A stretch of 780 nucleotides of DNA. It comes from a phage. The stretch lies in sequence record AF056260.1; one strand, 5' to 3'. The notes under the pieces are model-generated. The model saw only the letters and a list, made by a program, of their open reading frames with translations, had not been told where the DNA came from and did not search any database. Position 1 is the first letter of the stretch. Each line of letters opens with the position of its first letter. The translations under genes and the position numbers were made by a program. This document shows, one piece after another, positions 1-780 of this stretch.

Positions 1-2
1 CC

Positions 3-400
<398 letters not shown>

Positions 401-428
<28 letters not shown>

Positions 429-657
429 TCCTACATTCGTCAGCACACATATGAACGAGTNGGGAACCNATGTTGAANATGATGGGTTGTTCAAGGTTTA
501 CGATACAAAGAAAGATCTTCNAAATATACGTCCTTTACTAACCNCATTTNCNTNAAATTTTACCCACGGAATAAGAAAAACGAACTTTTATNACTTGAAA
601 AGANTTGAAAATGAAACCGTTGTGAACCTGTTGACTCNGAAAATNTTATTTAAAAAA
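401..657 (+). other. Probable frameshifted continuation of the same coding region (second half of the S74-like domain); sequencing indels or pseudogene
   Basis: Manual translation of the other forward frames: codon phase starting at 401 gives VIAPQIEEII (401-430), resembling the conserved I-A-Q-E-V-E-E-V segment; codon phase starting at 430 gives PTFVSTHMNExGTxVExDGLFKVYDTKKDL...LKRxENETVVNLL (430-636), resembling P-E-x-V ... D-G-x-L-x-V-x-Y and a terminal helical segment. The region has a 6-A homopolymer (381-386), a GGG run (399-401) and several n calls, all indel-prone. Frame junctions and the 3' end are approximate. Confidence 0.4.
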
Positions 658-780
658 CCCCTGATTTNCCCGGGTTCCATNTGNCCCCCCCCTNNCCNAA
701 ANAAATTTTTTNTTNNCGCCNNCCTNTTNAACCCCCACCCCGATCCAANTATCCCCTNTCGNNNANAAATTCGGGCGNTT
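658..780. other. Degraded read tail, not interpretable
   Basis: Dense n calls, poly-C runs (684-691, 733-737, 739-742) and abrupt compositional change compared with the AT-rich upstream sequence, consistent with loss of base-calling quality rather than biology. Confidence 0.55.

Noticed and set aside
451-657. An independent downstream gene starting at atg 451-453
   Set aside because: No ribosome-binding site precedes it, and its translation continues the S74-like motif of the upstream gene, so a frameshifted continuation is the better explanation. An independent small ORF cannot be fully excluded.
429-720. Rho-independent terminator after the TAA, including the T-run near 706-715
   Set aside because: No GC-rich inverted repeat followed by a T tract is visible after 428, and the T-run lies in the degraded, n-rich part of the read where no stem can be verified.
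669-780. Cloning-vector polylinker (cccggg at 669-674, gatcc-like and aattc-like strings near the end)
   Set aside because: The fragments are short, interrupted by n calls, and not in a recognisable polylinker order; this cannot be distinguished from noise without a vector screen.

Overview
This window reads like a single-pass, low-quality sequencing read: AT-rich, with ambiguous bases from position 268 onward and base-calling collapse after about 660. It holds one supportable feature, the 3' portion of a + strand protein-coding gene whose frame is open to the left edge and reaches an in-frame TAA at 426-428. The encoded C-terminal region (Thr-rich beta-strand-like segment, then G-T-S-D-x-x-x-x-x-N-I ... 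V-T-F-V-F-x-D-D-E-K-K) matches, from memory, the intramolecular-chaperone / autoproteolytic domain (Peptidase S74 type) found at the C-termini of phage tail fibres, tailspikes and endosialidases. I therefore call it a phage or prophage fibre/tailspike-like gene fragment from a low-GC host. Two points deserve a second look: the expected catalytic Lys (Ser+5) is encoded as Glu, and the domain signature appears to continue past the apparent stop in the other two forward frames, which suggests indel errors or a pseudogene rather than a true C-terminus. I see no RNA gene, CRISPR array, mobile element, promoter or terminator that I can support, and no multi-gene system can be claimed from this single gene fragment.
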